Below are positions 24,801-35,149 of a stretch of 64,000 nt of DNA, piece by piece. Source of the stretch: Felis catus (taxonomy: Eukaryota); the NCBI RefSeq assembly GCF_018350175.1, contig NC_058368.1:227354001-227418000 (forward strand), read 5' to 3'. The notes under the pieces are model-generated. The model saw only the letters and a program-made list of their open reading frames with translations, made no database searches and was not told the DNA's origin. The translations under genes and the position numbers were made by a program. How positions within the stretch are numbered: the stretch's first letter is position 1; each line of letters opens with the position of its first letter.

Positions 24801-27800
24801 TTAACACATCAGGACACACACAGCACGGGCGGCCCCGCCGCAGAGCGCCGTGGCTAGCGTGGGGGCCCGGAAGTCATGTCAGGGTTTAGCCGCTCCTTGG
24901 CACCTCACAGCCCTGTGTGTGGGACCGTGGAACTAAACTAGCCGTAACTCTCAGCACCTAGATTTAACTACCTGTGAACAATAGACAGTACTCTCCTCAA
25001 AAGACTGTTGTAAAAAGACACATATAAAACACGAGCGCTCTAAAAAGTTAGCTATTCTCCTTCTCATACTACGGCACTGGTGCAGAGTATTAATAAACGG
25101 TTTGCCCGATGGTCATTTCCTGTTCCTTTTTTTCTTTCTAAATAAAGGCGATGGTGTGTGTGCGTGCCTATTTTTTAAAACGCCGTGGGGCTGAGGGGAC
25201 ATATTAGGAAAAGGTACTTTCCATGTGCTCTGACCCCCGTGAGATTCCAAGTAAAAGGTATGGTGTCACCCAGGGAGCCCACGCCAGAGGTAAAAGCAAA
25301 CAGAAAGCAGATTCGCGGGGACCAGACATCAAACGCCTAAAATAAAAAGTGACTAAATATGTTAGTTCTTCTTTCAATAATTTTGTGGTAACTTCTGGCC
25401 TCCTTGCTAGCTTTATCGAACAGGAGAGAACTTGATCCTGTAAGACAAGCATTTAAGTGAACCACTTTCTTGATCATCATCAGAAGCATGTCTTCAGGCA
25501 AGCCACTTCCCTAATGTTGGCCTCCGTTTTCTCATCTTCAAAGCGAGAGGAGTAGACTAGATCCGCATGATCTACATGGTTCCTCTTCGAGGACTTAAGT
25601 TCTAACACACTATCAACCTAAGTGTTGTTAAAAAAAACTGTACTTCGGGCGAATTCTGTGGCTACGCCGCAGGCACATTTGGGTCTACTTTTGTCCTCTT
25701 CCTTTTTAACCTGCAAAATAACCAAAGTGCAATCAGGACACCAGTGCCCAGAGGAAGTTCCCTAAAGGAGCATCTCTCAGGACAGCCACACGTACAAATT
25801 GGCACCAAGGCCAATAGGAAAGGAACAAGGAGAAGTCAGCATGAGAACAAAATGCAAAGGGAAGACAGAGTAGAAGGAAAGATTATTGGAAATAAAAAGC
25901 AGTGATTCAAGATACACAAAAGCAGCAAAGCAGAAACTGACGAATGGGAGGCCAGAGCACATTCAAATTACTTTAGCCACAACCAGATTTCACTCAGATC
26001 CTGTGCACAAATGTTTGCTAACGTCCCTAGCCCCCAAGGACAAGCATTCAAGGACATTTGCTAACTTCACAAAGCCACCAAGGAAATTGTAATATGGCCT
26101 TTAATTCCTTGGAGAGAGAATAAATTTTAAGTTTAAGCAGTAAGTTCCATTAGTATGGTCAGAGAAGAAGATATTTAACGGCCAAAATGAAATAGTCCCC
26201 CAACATAAGGACAATCAACTGGAAAGAGAGAGAGAGTTGACAGCAAGAAAAATAAAAATTTTAAGAAATTAGTTCACTCAGTATTTTAAGCTGAAAATAA
26301 TGACAAATGAAGCATTTACCAATTTATTATAAATACATACGTACTATTTATAAGTGTATTATTTATTATTTATGTTTTTGTTGTATGTTAATTATATTTA
26401 AATAGCTAGAAGCTTGAATTTTTGTTATGAGAAGGGAGGATAGTGAAATAATGAAAAGAAAAAGGATATTACGTTGTAAGATAAAATTGTCAATGCTGGT
26501 CAGTTTCAGAAATTTGGTAATTTTTTGTGTTTATGAGTCAAGTTGGAGGAGGAATGGGGAGTGTCTACCATTTGGCACTAAAGAGGCCACCAAAGCCCAA
26601 CGACTCAAATGATCGCCACCACAAAAGCCTTCTTTCTAGAAAATATACCGAGAGCTAAAAAACTAAGACAAAGTCTTAAATGTGACTTGATTTTTGGGGG
26701 ACCATGGCATTCCTGAATCATGTTCAATTACACAACTCAGTTAAATTTCAAAACCAAAATCCTAGTAAGTCCTACTTAGAAAATTCCTAGAAATTCTTAG
26801 TTTAGCACCATAATGTTATTTTAAAGTGTATATTTTCAAGCCCCCGTTTTCTCCTAAGCTAGAGATGAAATATTTTATTCTTAATATTAAGGCAATATAC
26901 ATGATTAAGTTACATGACTTTGCATACTAAATTATAATCTCTCTTGCTCTGTTTAAAGACCTGAGTTAACAATAAATTTTTGAAAACTTAATTTAAAAAG
27001 GCTTACTACAAACAGACAAAATTGTACTATTGCCAAGAACAAAAGCTATAAACTAAAAATACATCGGTCAGTGAAGCAAGACATTTCTGCAAAGCCAATT
27101 TTTCAATTTCTGATACAAGTAAACGGGTTATATGAAAAAAAGTCAATTCTAACTTCTATGCAAAGCTAAGACAGCATGTTAACCACTCACCATTATGAAC
27201 ACTTGCATTAAGTTCCCCTCTGTTGCCTAAAAAGGCTAAACTGAGTATGACTTTGTTCGGCTCTCTGGACTCGAACGCTGCCGTTCATGCTTAACTTGGC
27301 CTATCCTAGAACGCCAATGGCCCAGGCAGTGTTGGTAAGACAGTGTCAACCATGGGACAGCAATGTACCTTCCCACAAAGGCACAGGAAAAGCAAAGACC
27401 ACTCAACCCAGCCTCTCTCCACCACTTAGCGGCTGTAGAGATGGGTGAACAACACATCAAATGCAGGAAAGTACCGGCACCCAAGCCAAAATTCCACCTC
27501 CCTTCTGCGAGTGGACTTTCCATGACTGGCTCATGCTACTCCAGAGGTATCTGGGGACAACCCAGACATCCTCAACAATGAGGTTGGAAACAAGCTTTAT
27601 ATCCAGGTGGGAGAAGGGGCAGGAGGGAGTAGCTGTTACCCTATCAAACATACCCCACAGGAGGTAAGGAGGCAGGTGGGAAAACACATAGCAATACCCA
27701 AGAACGATGGTTTAACAACTTGTTGGTCACAGCCCTTTTGAAAATCCACAGCTTTCATCAGAAGCTCAGCCCAGAAAATACACGTAAAATTTCACCTTCA

Positions 27801-30256
27801 ATTTCAGAGGGGCTCACAGACACACTCTCCACCACACACAGTCCTAAATTCAAACCATGTCCCACCATCAGGCGGACAAAGAAGGGCCTCAAAGTAGTCT
27901 TGCTTCTGAATTCCCTAAGCATGTCTAGCCTGGCCACCAACCATGTCCCAAGACCATCTTGGTCCTCAAGATTACCTTAGCTAAGGGCAAGAAGTAGATA
28001 CAGCCTAAGTCTTGAAATGTAGGGGTAGGGTGAGCAGGGGATAAAGCACGGCCAACCTGCTCATAGGAACAGTGAGGAAGCTTCAAGAAAAGTCAACCAA
28101 ATCTGGTCTGATCTAAGACTTCTTCAAGTCAGACCCTAAGTCATCTTGTGAGCCATCCTTAAGGCCTGCCCAGAGGATGACATCCACAGCTCTCAAACAA
28201 GCTAGGAGAGGTCGTTATAAATCATGTTCCTCTGCCTGGTTTTGCTGAGAAAGCCAGAAAGAGATAGGGGTGAGGTTCCCACTGAGGCATCAGGGAACCT
28301 GGCCCTCAAACCTCTTCCGTCTCCCTGGCCGAGCTGCACCTCCGGAATCTGCACCTGTTTCCTAACGTGTAAAATGACAAACCTAGGCTGCTTTTTTGTT
28401 TTTGGTTTTTTTCCAGATTTCTTTCAGACCACGTCTGTAATTCTGACAGCAGTAAGAGGTGTGCCTCAAAACCTTTTGGGAAAGAGCGCTCCTCACCATG
28501 ACCTATTTCCCCAGGTTCTGACTCAGGAAACTTGCCAAATAATTATGCGTACTTTCAGGAACATGATGCTGGCTCCAAAGTCCCTGCATCCCACGGGGGC
28601 ATGAGAATGCTGGGGCCAAGGCTAAGGTGCAGCTTCTGGGGGCAGGGTCTCTAACCAGGGAGTCACGGCTCAGACCACCAGGGCAAAAGCAAGGGAGGAG
28701 CAGTTAGAAACCAGCATGAGCTGTGAAGGGGCAGAAGCAGAAGGCACCCCCACCTCCCCCAGCCTACTTTACCCTCTGCGGAGTCTGCAGTAGTTCTCCA
28801 ACCCAGAGAGCAAACCTGCAGCCAGAGAGCACATCAGCTCACACGTGGGTCTGTAGAGCAGTTTCAATTTTAAAAATCAAGGTATTCCATTAAAAAGTCA
28901 GGGTATTGGGATTCTTTAAATACAGAAAATCCAGCAAGCAGAGGATAGAACCTAGTGGACTCTGACCCCAACAGCAATGGACACAGCTATCCAGGAACCA
29001 ATGGCCCACACCTGGCCAGCCTCACTCGCTTAGGTTACCTGCATAGCTCCTGGGCTGGGGGAGTTTGCGACTGCCTATTGCAAAGCTTTCCCAATAGCCA
29101 TTAACACATTAAGTGTGGATACTACCATCCCAGAGGGTTTAGATGCTCAATAAATGAGAATGTCAACGCCCATGATAAAGAACCAGGCACAGGAAAGTTA
29201 TTATAATACACTAGCTGTATACCAGGCCTGCCAAACACCCCTTTTTAGGAAATGCCAAAAAAAAAAAAAAAAATCTAATTTGAACACTTACAATTCAACT
29301 TGCCAGCCAATTAAGCTGTCAAAATAGTTATCTGAGTGCTTTCATCAACTCTGAAATTCAAAGACATTTATATGTGCCTAGAACCTGAAAGTGTAGAAAA
29401 AGTTGCAGCCTTCAAGTTTATACTTCGCTTCCACCTTCCCCCCAGACCCTTGCTAAAACTATAAACTCTTCCAACTTAAGCTGCCTTCTTTATAGTTCGC
29501 TAAAAAACTGCTCTAAGCAGCACTATCTCTCGTGCTTAAAAGTAACGGGGGTGGGGGTGGGGAGGAGGAGAGCTTGTTAAGCTACCAACGGGCAAAAGAG
29601 AATTGGGTCAGACTCGGTCCAAAGTCTATTCAACAGGTGGGGCGTTCATCAAGCGGCAACTTGCCTTCCAAGAACAAACTTGTCGCATGGTTCAGTTTTC
29701 TTCTGGCCGTGATAGAAGCAACCTTACTTCCTTCCCCAACTAGGTCGGAGGAAAGATTCACTGGGAGTTAGTTATAACAATACGCTTTTCCGGTTTGTTT
29801 CCCAAGTTCCCGGAGCTCTGTTTTAACTTTGGAGCAACGCAGATGTAAAAACAGAGGGCACTGGGTGACCAGGACTGTGAGCCGGACCCTGCGGGGAAAC
29901 CATCTGTACGGACACTGGATAAAAGTGTCTTCGAATTCCTCTCCGTCGCCGACGACCTTACCCCGAATACAGGCTGCGAAGGGCTCTTAGCCGGCTACTC
30001 CCCAGCCCACCCCACGCCCAGCGTTCCCGAGGGGACCGACCCAGAGCCCCCGCCCGCCCCCGCTGCGCCCCGCGACTCACTGCTCGGCTGAGCACCGCAC
30101 CGCGGTCCGCGGCTGCCCGCCGGCCGCCGCCTTCCCGCCCTCCCGCGCCGCGGCTCTCGCGGGGCCCGGGGACGCGGCCCCCGCCTCCCGCGCCGGCTTC
30201 TCAGCACAGCTCGCGCCCGGCCACGATCCGGGCTGGGGCATGGTGCCCCGATTCAT
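3624..30256 (-). CDS. OTULIN: OTULIN (OTU deubiquitinase with linear linkage specificity, FAM105B), full spliced CDS, 7 exons, 360 aa
   Basis: join(complement 30081-30256, 23429-23505, 18121-18215, 14615-14758, 9886-10011, 6297-6566, 3624-3818) = 1083 nt, open frame, all introns GT..AG. Translation [10 protein letters not shown]...[11 protein letters not shown]...[18 protein letters not shown] matches human/mouse OTULIN as recalled. Confidence 0.98.
3989..5113 (+). mobile_element. 5'-truncated old L1 (L1MB-like) in intron 6, with a nested L1 3' fragment and a SINE
   Basis: ORF2 C-terminal and 3' UTR remnants ending in aataaa. Flanked by TSD aaaaatggactc(a/g)cc at 3974-3988 and 5114-5128. Confidence 0.85.
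4387..4598 (+). mobile_element. CAN-SINE (SINEC)
   Basis: tRNA-like head gggtggctcagtcggtt, (CT)n body, A tail. Confidence 0.92.
5768..6276 (+). mobile_element. MaLR solo LTR (MLT1F-like)
   Basis: Motifs ccccttgagtgtggg..ttagtgacttg..aatagaat, gagaccccgag..cagaatcac..ctaagctgctc; ends ctaataca. Confidence 0.75.
6297..6566 (-). CDS. OTULIN: OTULIN exon 6 (WAGLAEL...GHTGGLEQ)
   Basis: Acceptor tgcag| at 6567; donor CAG|GTGAGT at 6296; 270 nt. Confidence 0.97.
6858..7080 (+). mobile_element. CAN-SINE
   Basis: Head, CT tract and A tail; imperfect TSD aattgaac(t/c)a(g/a)tca. Confidence 0.92.
7110..7382 (+). mobile_element. CAN-SINE with duplicated A-box segment
   Basis: gtggctc..gtc.gttaagcgtccgact occurs twice in tandem; CT tract; A tail. 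Confidence 0.9.
7781..7993 (-). mobile_element. CAN-SINE
   Basis: Antisense copy; TSD gaaactagtcctt on both sides. Confidence 0.92.
8985..9137 (+). mobile_element. CAN-SINE, internally deleted
   Basis: Degenerate head plus CT tract and aaataaac tail. Confidence 0.75.
9886..10011 (-). CDS. OTULIN: OTULIN exon 5 ([16 protein letters not shown]...LLRKK)
   Basis: Acceptor tccag| at 10012; donor AAG|GTTTGG at 9885; 126 nt. Confidence 0.97.
13749..13777 (+). repeat. G29 homopolymer in intron 4
   Basis: Read directly. Confidence 0.9.
14615..14758 (-). CDS. OTULIN: OTULIN exon 4, carries the catalytic Cys (RGDNYC; TGT at 14698-14696)
   Basis: Acceptor cccag| at 14759; donor CTG|GTACGC at 14614; 144 nt, phase 0-0. 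Confidence 0.97.
15282..15493 (+). mobile_element. CAN-SINE
   Basis: ggggcgcctgggtggctc head, CT tract, A/(AAT)n tail. Confidence 0.9.
16947..17135 (+). mobile_element. CAN-SINE
   Basis: Head, CT tract, A-rich tail. Confidence 0.9.
18121..18215 (-). CDS. OTULIN: OTULIN exon 3 ([32 protein letters not shown])
   Basis: Acceptor caacag| at 18216; donor AAG|GTACAG at 18120; 95 nt. Confidence 0.97.
20402..20594 (-). mobile_element. CAN-SINE
   Basis: Antisense copy ending gagccacccaggagcccc. Confidence 0.88.
20790..20997 (+). mobile_element. MER58A-like hAT MITE
   Basis: ttttctgtaatgggc...actcaact...ccaataaaactttat...agatttggc...tagtttgccagcccctg. Confidence 0.7.
21380..22200 (+). mobile_element. 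Ancient L1 ORF1 remnant, with a short antisense SINE at ~21530-21624
   Basis: Translation [20 protein letters not shown] resembles the L1 ORF1p motif IFEEIMAENFPKL. Confidence 0.6.
23429..23505 (-). CDS. OTULIN: OTULIN exon 2, PUB-interacting motif ([25 protein letters not shown])
   Basis: Acceptor ttcag| at 23506; donor G|GTATGT at 23428; 77 nt. Confidence 0.97.
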
Positions 30257-30960
30257 CGGGCCGCCGCCGGCGGCGGCGACGCCGGGGTTCGGCCGCCTCC
30301 CAACGATCAGGGGCCCCTCCCGTCGGGGCGCCCGGCCGTGGCAGCCGCCGCCGCTGTACCGCCCGCCGGCTTCCGAGGCTGCGCAGAACGCTTCCGCACG
30401 CGTCACCGCCGCCGGCCCCGAGCCCTCTGACCCGCGATGAGGGGGCGTGGCCCGCTAGGACTGGGTGGGCGGGGAGCCCTTCGACGCGGCGCCTGAGCTT
30501 GCGGCTGCGCGGGCTGAGCCGCGGTCGAGTGGAAGACCTGCATGGGGTGGGCACTGCGCATGCTCCACACAGCTGGTCCATGCTGGGGTTCCCCGCGCGT
30601 CAGGTTTGCCGTGGATGTTGCGGCCCTTCCGGGGCGTGAAAGGAGGGGAAGAACACTGAACCAGCGGAGGAACGCGAGGACGAGGAAGGCCAGCCTGGGG
30701 TGTGAAGGCTGCTAATGTGTTTGGGCGCCTTGCAGTGTCATTCTGGACTTCCGAGCCGGGCGGGGTTTCCCTGACCATAAAACGAAGGATGTGGGCAGAC
30801 TGAGTGATGTGCGGCTCGCCTGGCCTTCCCCGAGTGACAGCTCCGTCACGACCCGCCCCCGAGCCCGGAGAGCTTTGGTCTTGGGCGTGGGGTCAGGCTT
30901 GTTGCTCCGGGGCTAGGAGTTACGGTCCCTCGTCTCTGCGAGGGCGGGAGGCTGAACTGG
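29850..30960. promoter_or_regulatory. CpG island / TATA-less promoter of OTULIN
   Basis: Very high GC and CpG density across exon 1. GC boxes at 30441-30451 and 30467-30474, ETS-like CGGAAG (minus) at 30370-30375 and 30391-30396, NRF1-like TGCGCATGC at 30555-30563. Confidence 0.9.
30081..30256 (-). CDS. OTULIN: OTULIN exon 1 (coding part), [10 protein letters not shown]...RCSAE(H)
   Basis: ATG at 30256-30254; donor CA|GTGAGT at 30080; 176 nt, phase 2. Confidence 0.95.
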
Positions 30961-31028
30961 TTCTACCCGAGTTGAGCAAGCTCGGCAGTGTGTGTTCATG
31001 GGCCGTATTGTCTAAAGTGAAATTTAAT

Positions 31029-31115
31029 CTGTTTCAGATTCTGTGTCTCCCTCTCTCTGCCCCTTCCCCGCTCATGCTTTGTCTCTCAAAAATGAATAAA
31101 CGTTAAACAAAAAAT
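31029..31115 (+). mobile_element. 5'-truncated CAN-SINE
   Basis: 3' half only; flanked by TSD taaagtgaaat(t/c)t. Confidence 0.85.
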
Positions 31116-31609
31116 TAAAGTGAAATCTGATGTAAGGGAATACGAGCAAAGGGAAAATATTAGCAGACCTCAAAGATCAGAAGAAGGCGAAATGTTTCAT
31201 CTCTGGGGAGAAAATAGAGTCGCCTCGAAAGATGAGCAGTCGGGAAATGCACAGGGGTATTTCTAAAGCAGAGTGCAGGACCGGGGTATGGAGGAAGGGA
31301 ACCCATGGGCACTTCAGAAACCTGCAACTATTCGGGGACAAAACAGGTAGCAGGAGATTTTACTGAAAAATGAAACTGGAAGAAGAATGCTAGGGACCAG
31401 ATGGGAAAAAGCTTCCTTAGGCTAAAGAGGGAGCTGGTGCTTGAGCCTCCGGCAAGATGGGAAGGTGGAGACTATTTTAAAAGATCACTTTGCAGTCAGA
31501 GAAAAGATTGGAAAAGGGCAAAACTGGGAGTCCAGCGTAGGGAGGCTGGATAGTAGTGGGCATCAAAGGGAGAAACTGGATGGGAAGAATATTTTGTCCT
31601 CCAAGAATA

Positions 31610-31892
31610 TTGGAGGAAAGCGGTCAAAAGGCACAAACTTCCAGTTATAAGATAAGTGCCAGGGATGTAATGTATAACATGACGACTGTGTCTGACGCTG
31701 CTGTAGGATATATAGGAAAGCTGTTAAAAGTAGATCCTAGGAGAATTTTTTTCTTGTATCTATATAAGATGGTAAGTGTTAATTAACCTACTGCGGTAGT
31801 CATTTCACGGTATATGTAAATCAAACCATTGTGTTACACACTTGAAATTGATGCAGTGATGTGTGTCCATTATTTTTCGATAAGCTGGAAAA
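31610..31892 (+). mobile_element. L1 3' UTR fragment (L1MA/MB-like)
   Basis: ggtcaaaaggcacaaacttccagttataagataag...catttcac..tatatgtaaatcaaa. Confidence 0.75.
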
Positions 31893-32057
31893 TTAGGGGT
31901 ACAATAATTGTACTTTGAGGTGAAAAACTATGGGGTGGGTTTTTTTTTTCCTTTCATTTTGAAAAAGTAATAAGCCCGCATGCTTTAAAAAATTCAGAGC
32001 ATACAAAAGAATATATCGGGAGGGGTTGTATTTCCCATGGCTGTTAAGGATGTGGGA

Positions 32058-32473
32058 TTATCGTGCCCTGAATAGTATCCCCCCAAATTCATGTCCACCT
32101 GGAACCTCAGTGTGACCTGCTTGGAAATAGGGTCTTTGCAGATGTAATCCGTTAAGAGGAAGGTCTGACTAGACTAGAGTAGGCCAGAAATCCAGTGACT
32201 CGTGTCCATGTAAGAGGAGAGGTTGCCGAATATAGTCACAGATGAAATAAGGACATGTGAAGCTGGACGCAGAGATTGAAGTGTTGTAACTATATGCAAA
32301 GAAATGCAGGAAAAGGCAAGGAAAGAGGATTCCAAAGAGTCTTCCGAAGAAGTGTGGCCCTGCTGACAACTTATTTCAGACATCTGTCCTCCAGAACTGT
32401 GAGGGGATAAGTTTCTGTTGTTTCAAGCCCTCATTCTGTGGTAGTTTGCTGTGGCAGCTAGGAAACTAACAGA
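32058..32473 (+). mobile_element. MaLR LTR (MLT1B/C-like)
   Basis: ccccccaaattcatgtccacctggaacctcag...ggaaatagggtctttgcagatgtaat...ccagaactgtgag...ggaaactaaca. Confidence 0.85.
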
Positions 32474-32489
32474 CATCAAGCTGAAGACT

Positions 32490-35110
32490 TAAAATTTTAT
32501 CAGGCTGAATTTATTGAAAAGGGCCCACTAAGCAGATATTCTAGATACAAGATGTTGTTTCCAAGGGTTAGCAAAAGCTTAACAGTTTGTTTGAATGGTT
32601 GCTGAGTACGTCTTTTTCTATTATGCATGTGAATCTGGGAAAATAATCATAAGATGGGTGTAGGGGCCCACTGGGACCACGATGAGAAGGACCTGAGCAA
32701 CACCCTATCGATCTCTTGACTTCCATCCTCCCCAAAGTACCTACACTAAATGAAATGCCGGAACTGCCTAGGATACTATCGGGGAAGGTATCCAAAGGCT
32801 TGGAGGTAAGGGAGTTGACACATTAGAATGGACTTACCGTGTAAGACTTGCTCATCCACCCCAGAAGGGTCCAAGGGACGTTACCCTTTACCATGACTGT
32901 GAGAAGTAAATCTATGAGGGGAGCCCCAGCATCTTTGAAGGGCTCTGCAATTGTTCTCTGTAATCTGGTAAATCTTACAGTAGAAACTACCACCATAAAA
33001 CTGGGATTCCTAAATGCAGTGGGGACAATAGAATCCTAGGATAGCAGGAACCAAGAGGTGGCACTTAGCTGCCAAAAGCTAGATGGCGGTGGTTACTGTA
33101 ATGGACAGCTGAACCCAAGCGGTAATCAGAATTGTCTGACTTGCAGAGACCTATGACATTGCCCTCTTGATCATAGTGTCCCTAGGGAAAAGAAGAAATG
33201 GACAATCTACCAAATTCATACTTGGTATAAACAGAAGAGTTCTAGGCCTAGTGAACAGAAGTCCTAACTTGCATCACCGAAACAGGAAGTCACAGCCCCT
33301 CCATCATTTCCTATACCTGAGCCAGTTTATACACTTAGAATTCTTTGAATGAAGGAGAGGCCAAGTCCTCTTGAACGACCTTGCTACGTTGCCAAAAATG
33401 TATATTATTTATTAATAAACTGTTAGGCTTTTCTAACCCTCGAGGTAACATGCTGTATCTAGAATATCTATTTAGTGGGTCCTTTTCAATACATTCAGCC
33501 TGATAAAATTTTATCAGTCTTCATCTTGATCTCTGTTGTGTTCTAGGCCAAATCCTCTTGAGGAAGGACCTTGCTACATTGCCAAAAATGTAGATTACCC
33601 TTCCCCCAAAGGGTCCTGTGGCCATCTACCAGGGTGATTGCACACTGGGGGAAAGGAAATAATCAGGCTTTGGGAGACTAGGAGACAATGGCTCTAACTT
33701 GACACTGATTCATGGAAACCCAAAACATCATTGTGTCTGCACAGTGTAGGGTCTTAGGGAAGTGATTAATGGAGTTTTAGCTGCGGTTCATCTCACATTA
33801 GGCCCAGTGGGTCTCTGAACACATCCTGTGGTTACTTCCCCAGTTCCAGAGTGTGTAATCAAAATAGACATGCTCAGCAACTAGCAGAATTCCCAGTTGA
33901 TCCCCTGAGGTATAGAGCAAAGGTTGTTATGGTAGAAAAGGCTAAATGAGGAGCACCTGGGTGGCTCAGTTGGTTGAGCATCCAACTCTTGATTTCAGCT
34001 CAGGTCATAATCCCAGGGTCATGAGATCGAGCCCTGGGTTGGGCTCTACACTGAGTACGGAGCCTGCTTAAGAGTCTCTCTCTCTCTCGACCTGCACCTC
34101 TCTCCTCTGCTTGTGCTCTCTCTCTATAAAAATGTGTAGGCTCTCTGCCTATAAAAATGTAAACCAAAAGCAACACCACATTCTTGGAAGAATTGCAAAA
34201 ATTAGCACTACCATTAAGGACTTGAAAGTTGCAGAGGTTATGATACCCACTACATTCCTTTTCAACCAGCCTATTTGGCATGTGTATAAGACAGAGCGAT
34301 CTTGGGAATGACAACGGATTTTCATAGATTATGTGGTGATTCTAGTTGTACTGCTATTCCAGATGTGGTTTCATTGCTTGAGCAAATCAACACATTCCCT
34401 AGAACTTGCTATGTAGCTATTGATCTGGCAAATCCTTTTTGCCTCTATACCTGTTGAAAAAGACCACCAGAAGGAATTCACTTTCAACTGGCAAGGCCAG
34501 CGATTCACCTTCATTAGCCCACCACAGGATATATCAACTCTTCAGCCCTATGTCATGATTTAGTCTGTGGAGACCTCCTTTCCCTTCCACAGAAAATCAC
34601 ACTGTTCCATTAAACTGAAGATCATATGCAGGAAGTAGCAATTACTGTACACATATTGGTGAGATATTTGCACTTCAGAGGATGGGAAATAAACCCTCCA
34701 AAATTCCAGGGCTTTCTTCCTCAGTGAAATCACTAGGGGTCCAGTGGTATGGAGTGTATCAAGGGGAAGGATAAGTTGTTATTAAAGGAAGAGGCACAAC
34801 ACCTTGTAAGAAAAGAGAAGTTTCTGCCACGTGCCCAGGCTACTGTGCAAGTTGCTCTGCCATTTGGGTCAAAGGATCCAGTAAATCCAATGGTGCTTGA
34901 AGTGTCAGTGGCAGATGAAGATGCTGTTTGAAGTCTTTGGCAAGCAGGTATAAGTGAATCACAAGACGAACCTTAGGATTTGGGACTAAAGCCCTGCTGT
35001 CCTCTGTGGAAATGATTCTCCTTTTGAGAAACAGCTTTTGGCTTACTACTGGAACTTACTAGAGACTGCGTATCCATCCATGAGTCACAAGTTACCGTGT
35101 TATCTGAGAT
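32490..35110 (+). mobile_element. Decayed ERV-L internal region (gag-pro-pol remnants)
   Basis: gag-like atcaggctgaatttattga; protease-like LGDNGSNLTLI at ~33677-33710; RT KNVNQKQHHILGRIAKISTTIKDLKVAEVMIPTT..PIWHVYKT; later DPVNPMVLEVSVADEDAV. Many stops and frameshifts. Confidence 0.88.
33950..34131 (+). mobile_element. CAN-SINE inserted between ERV-L pro and RT
   Basis: Head and CT tract; A tail essentially absent. Confidence 0.88.
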
Positions 35111-35149
35111 CAATGATAAATCATGTTGATAGACTGGAACCTTAATAAA

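Noticed and set aside
32490-35110. Domesticated or intact ERV-L gene (Fv1- or gag-like)
   Set aside because: Only short open frames, multiple stops and frameshifts, a degenerate protease motif, a SINE insertion and no visible intact YxDD.
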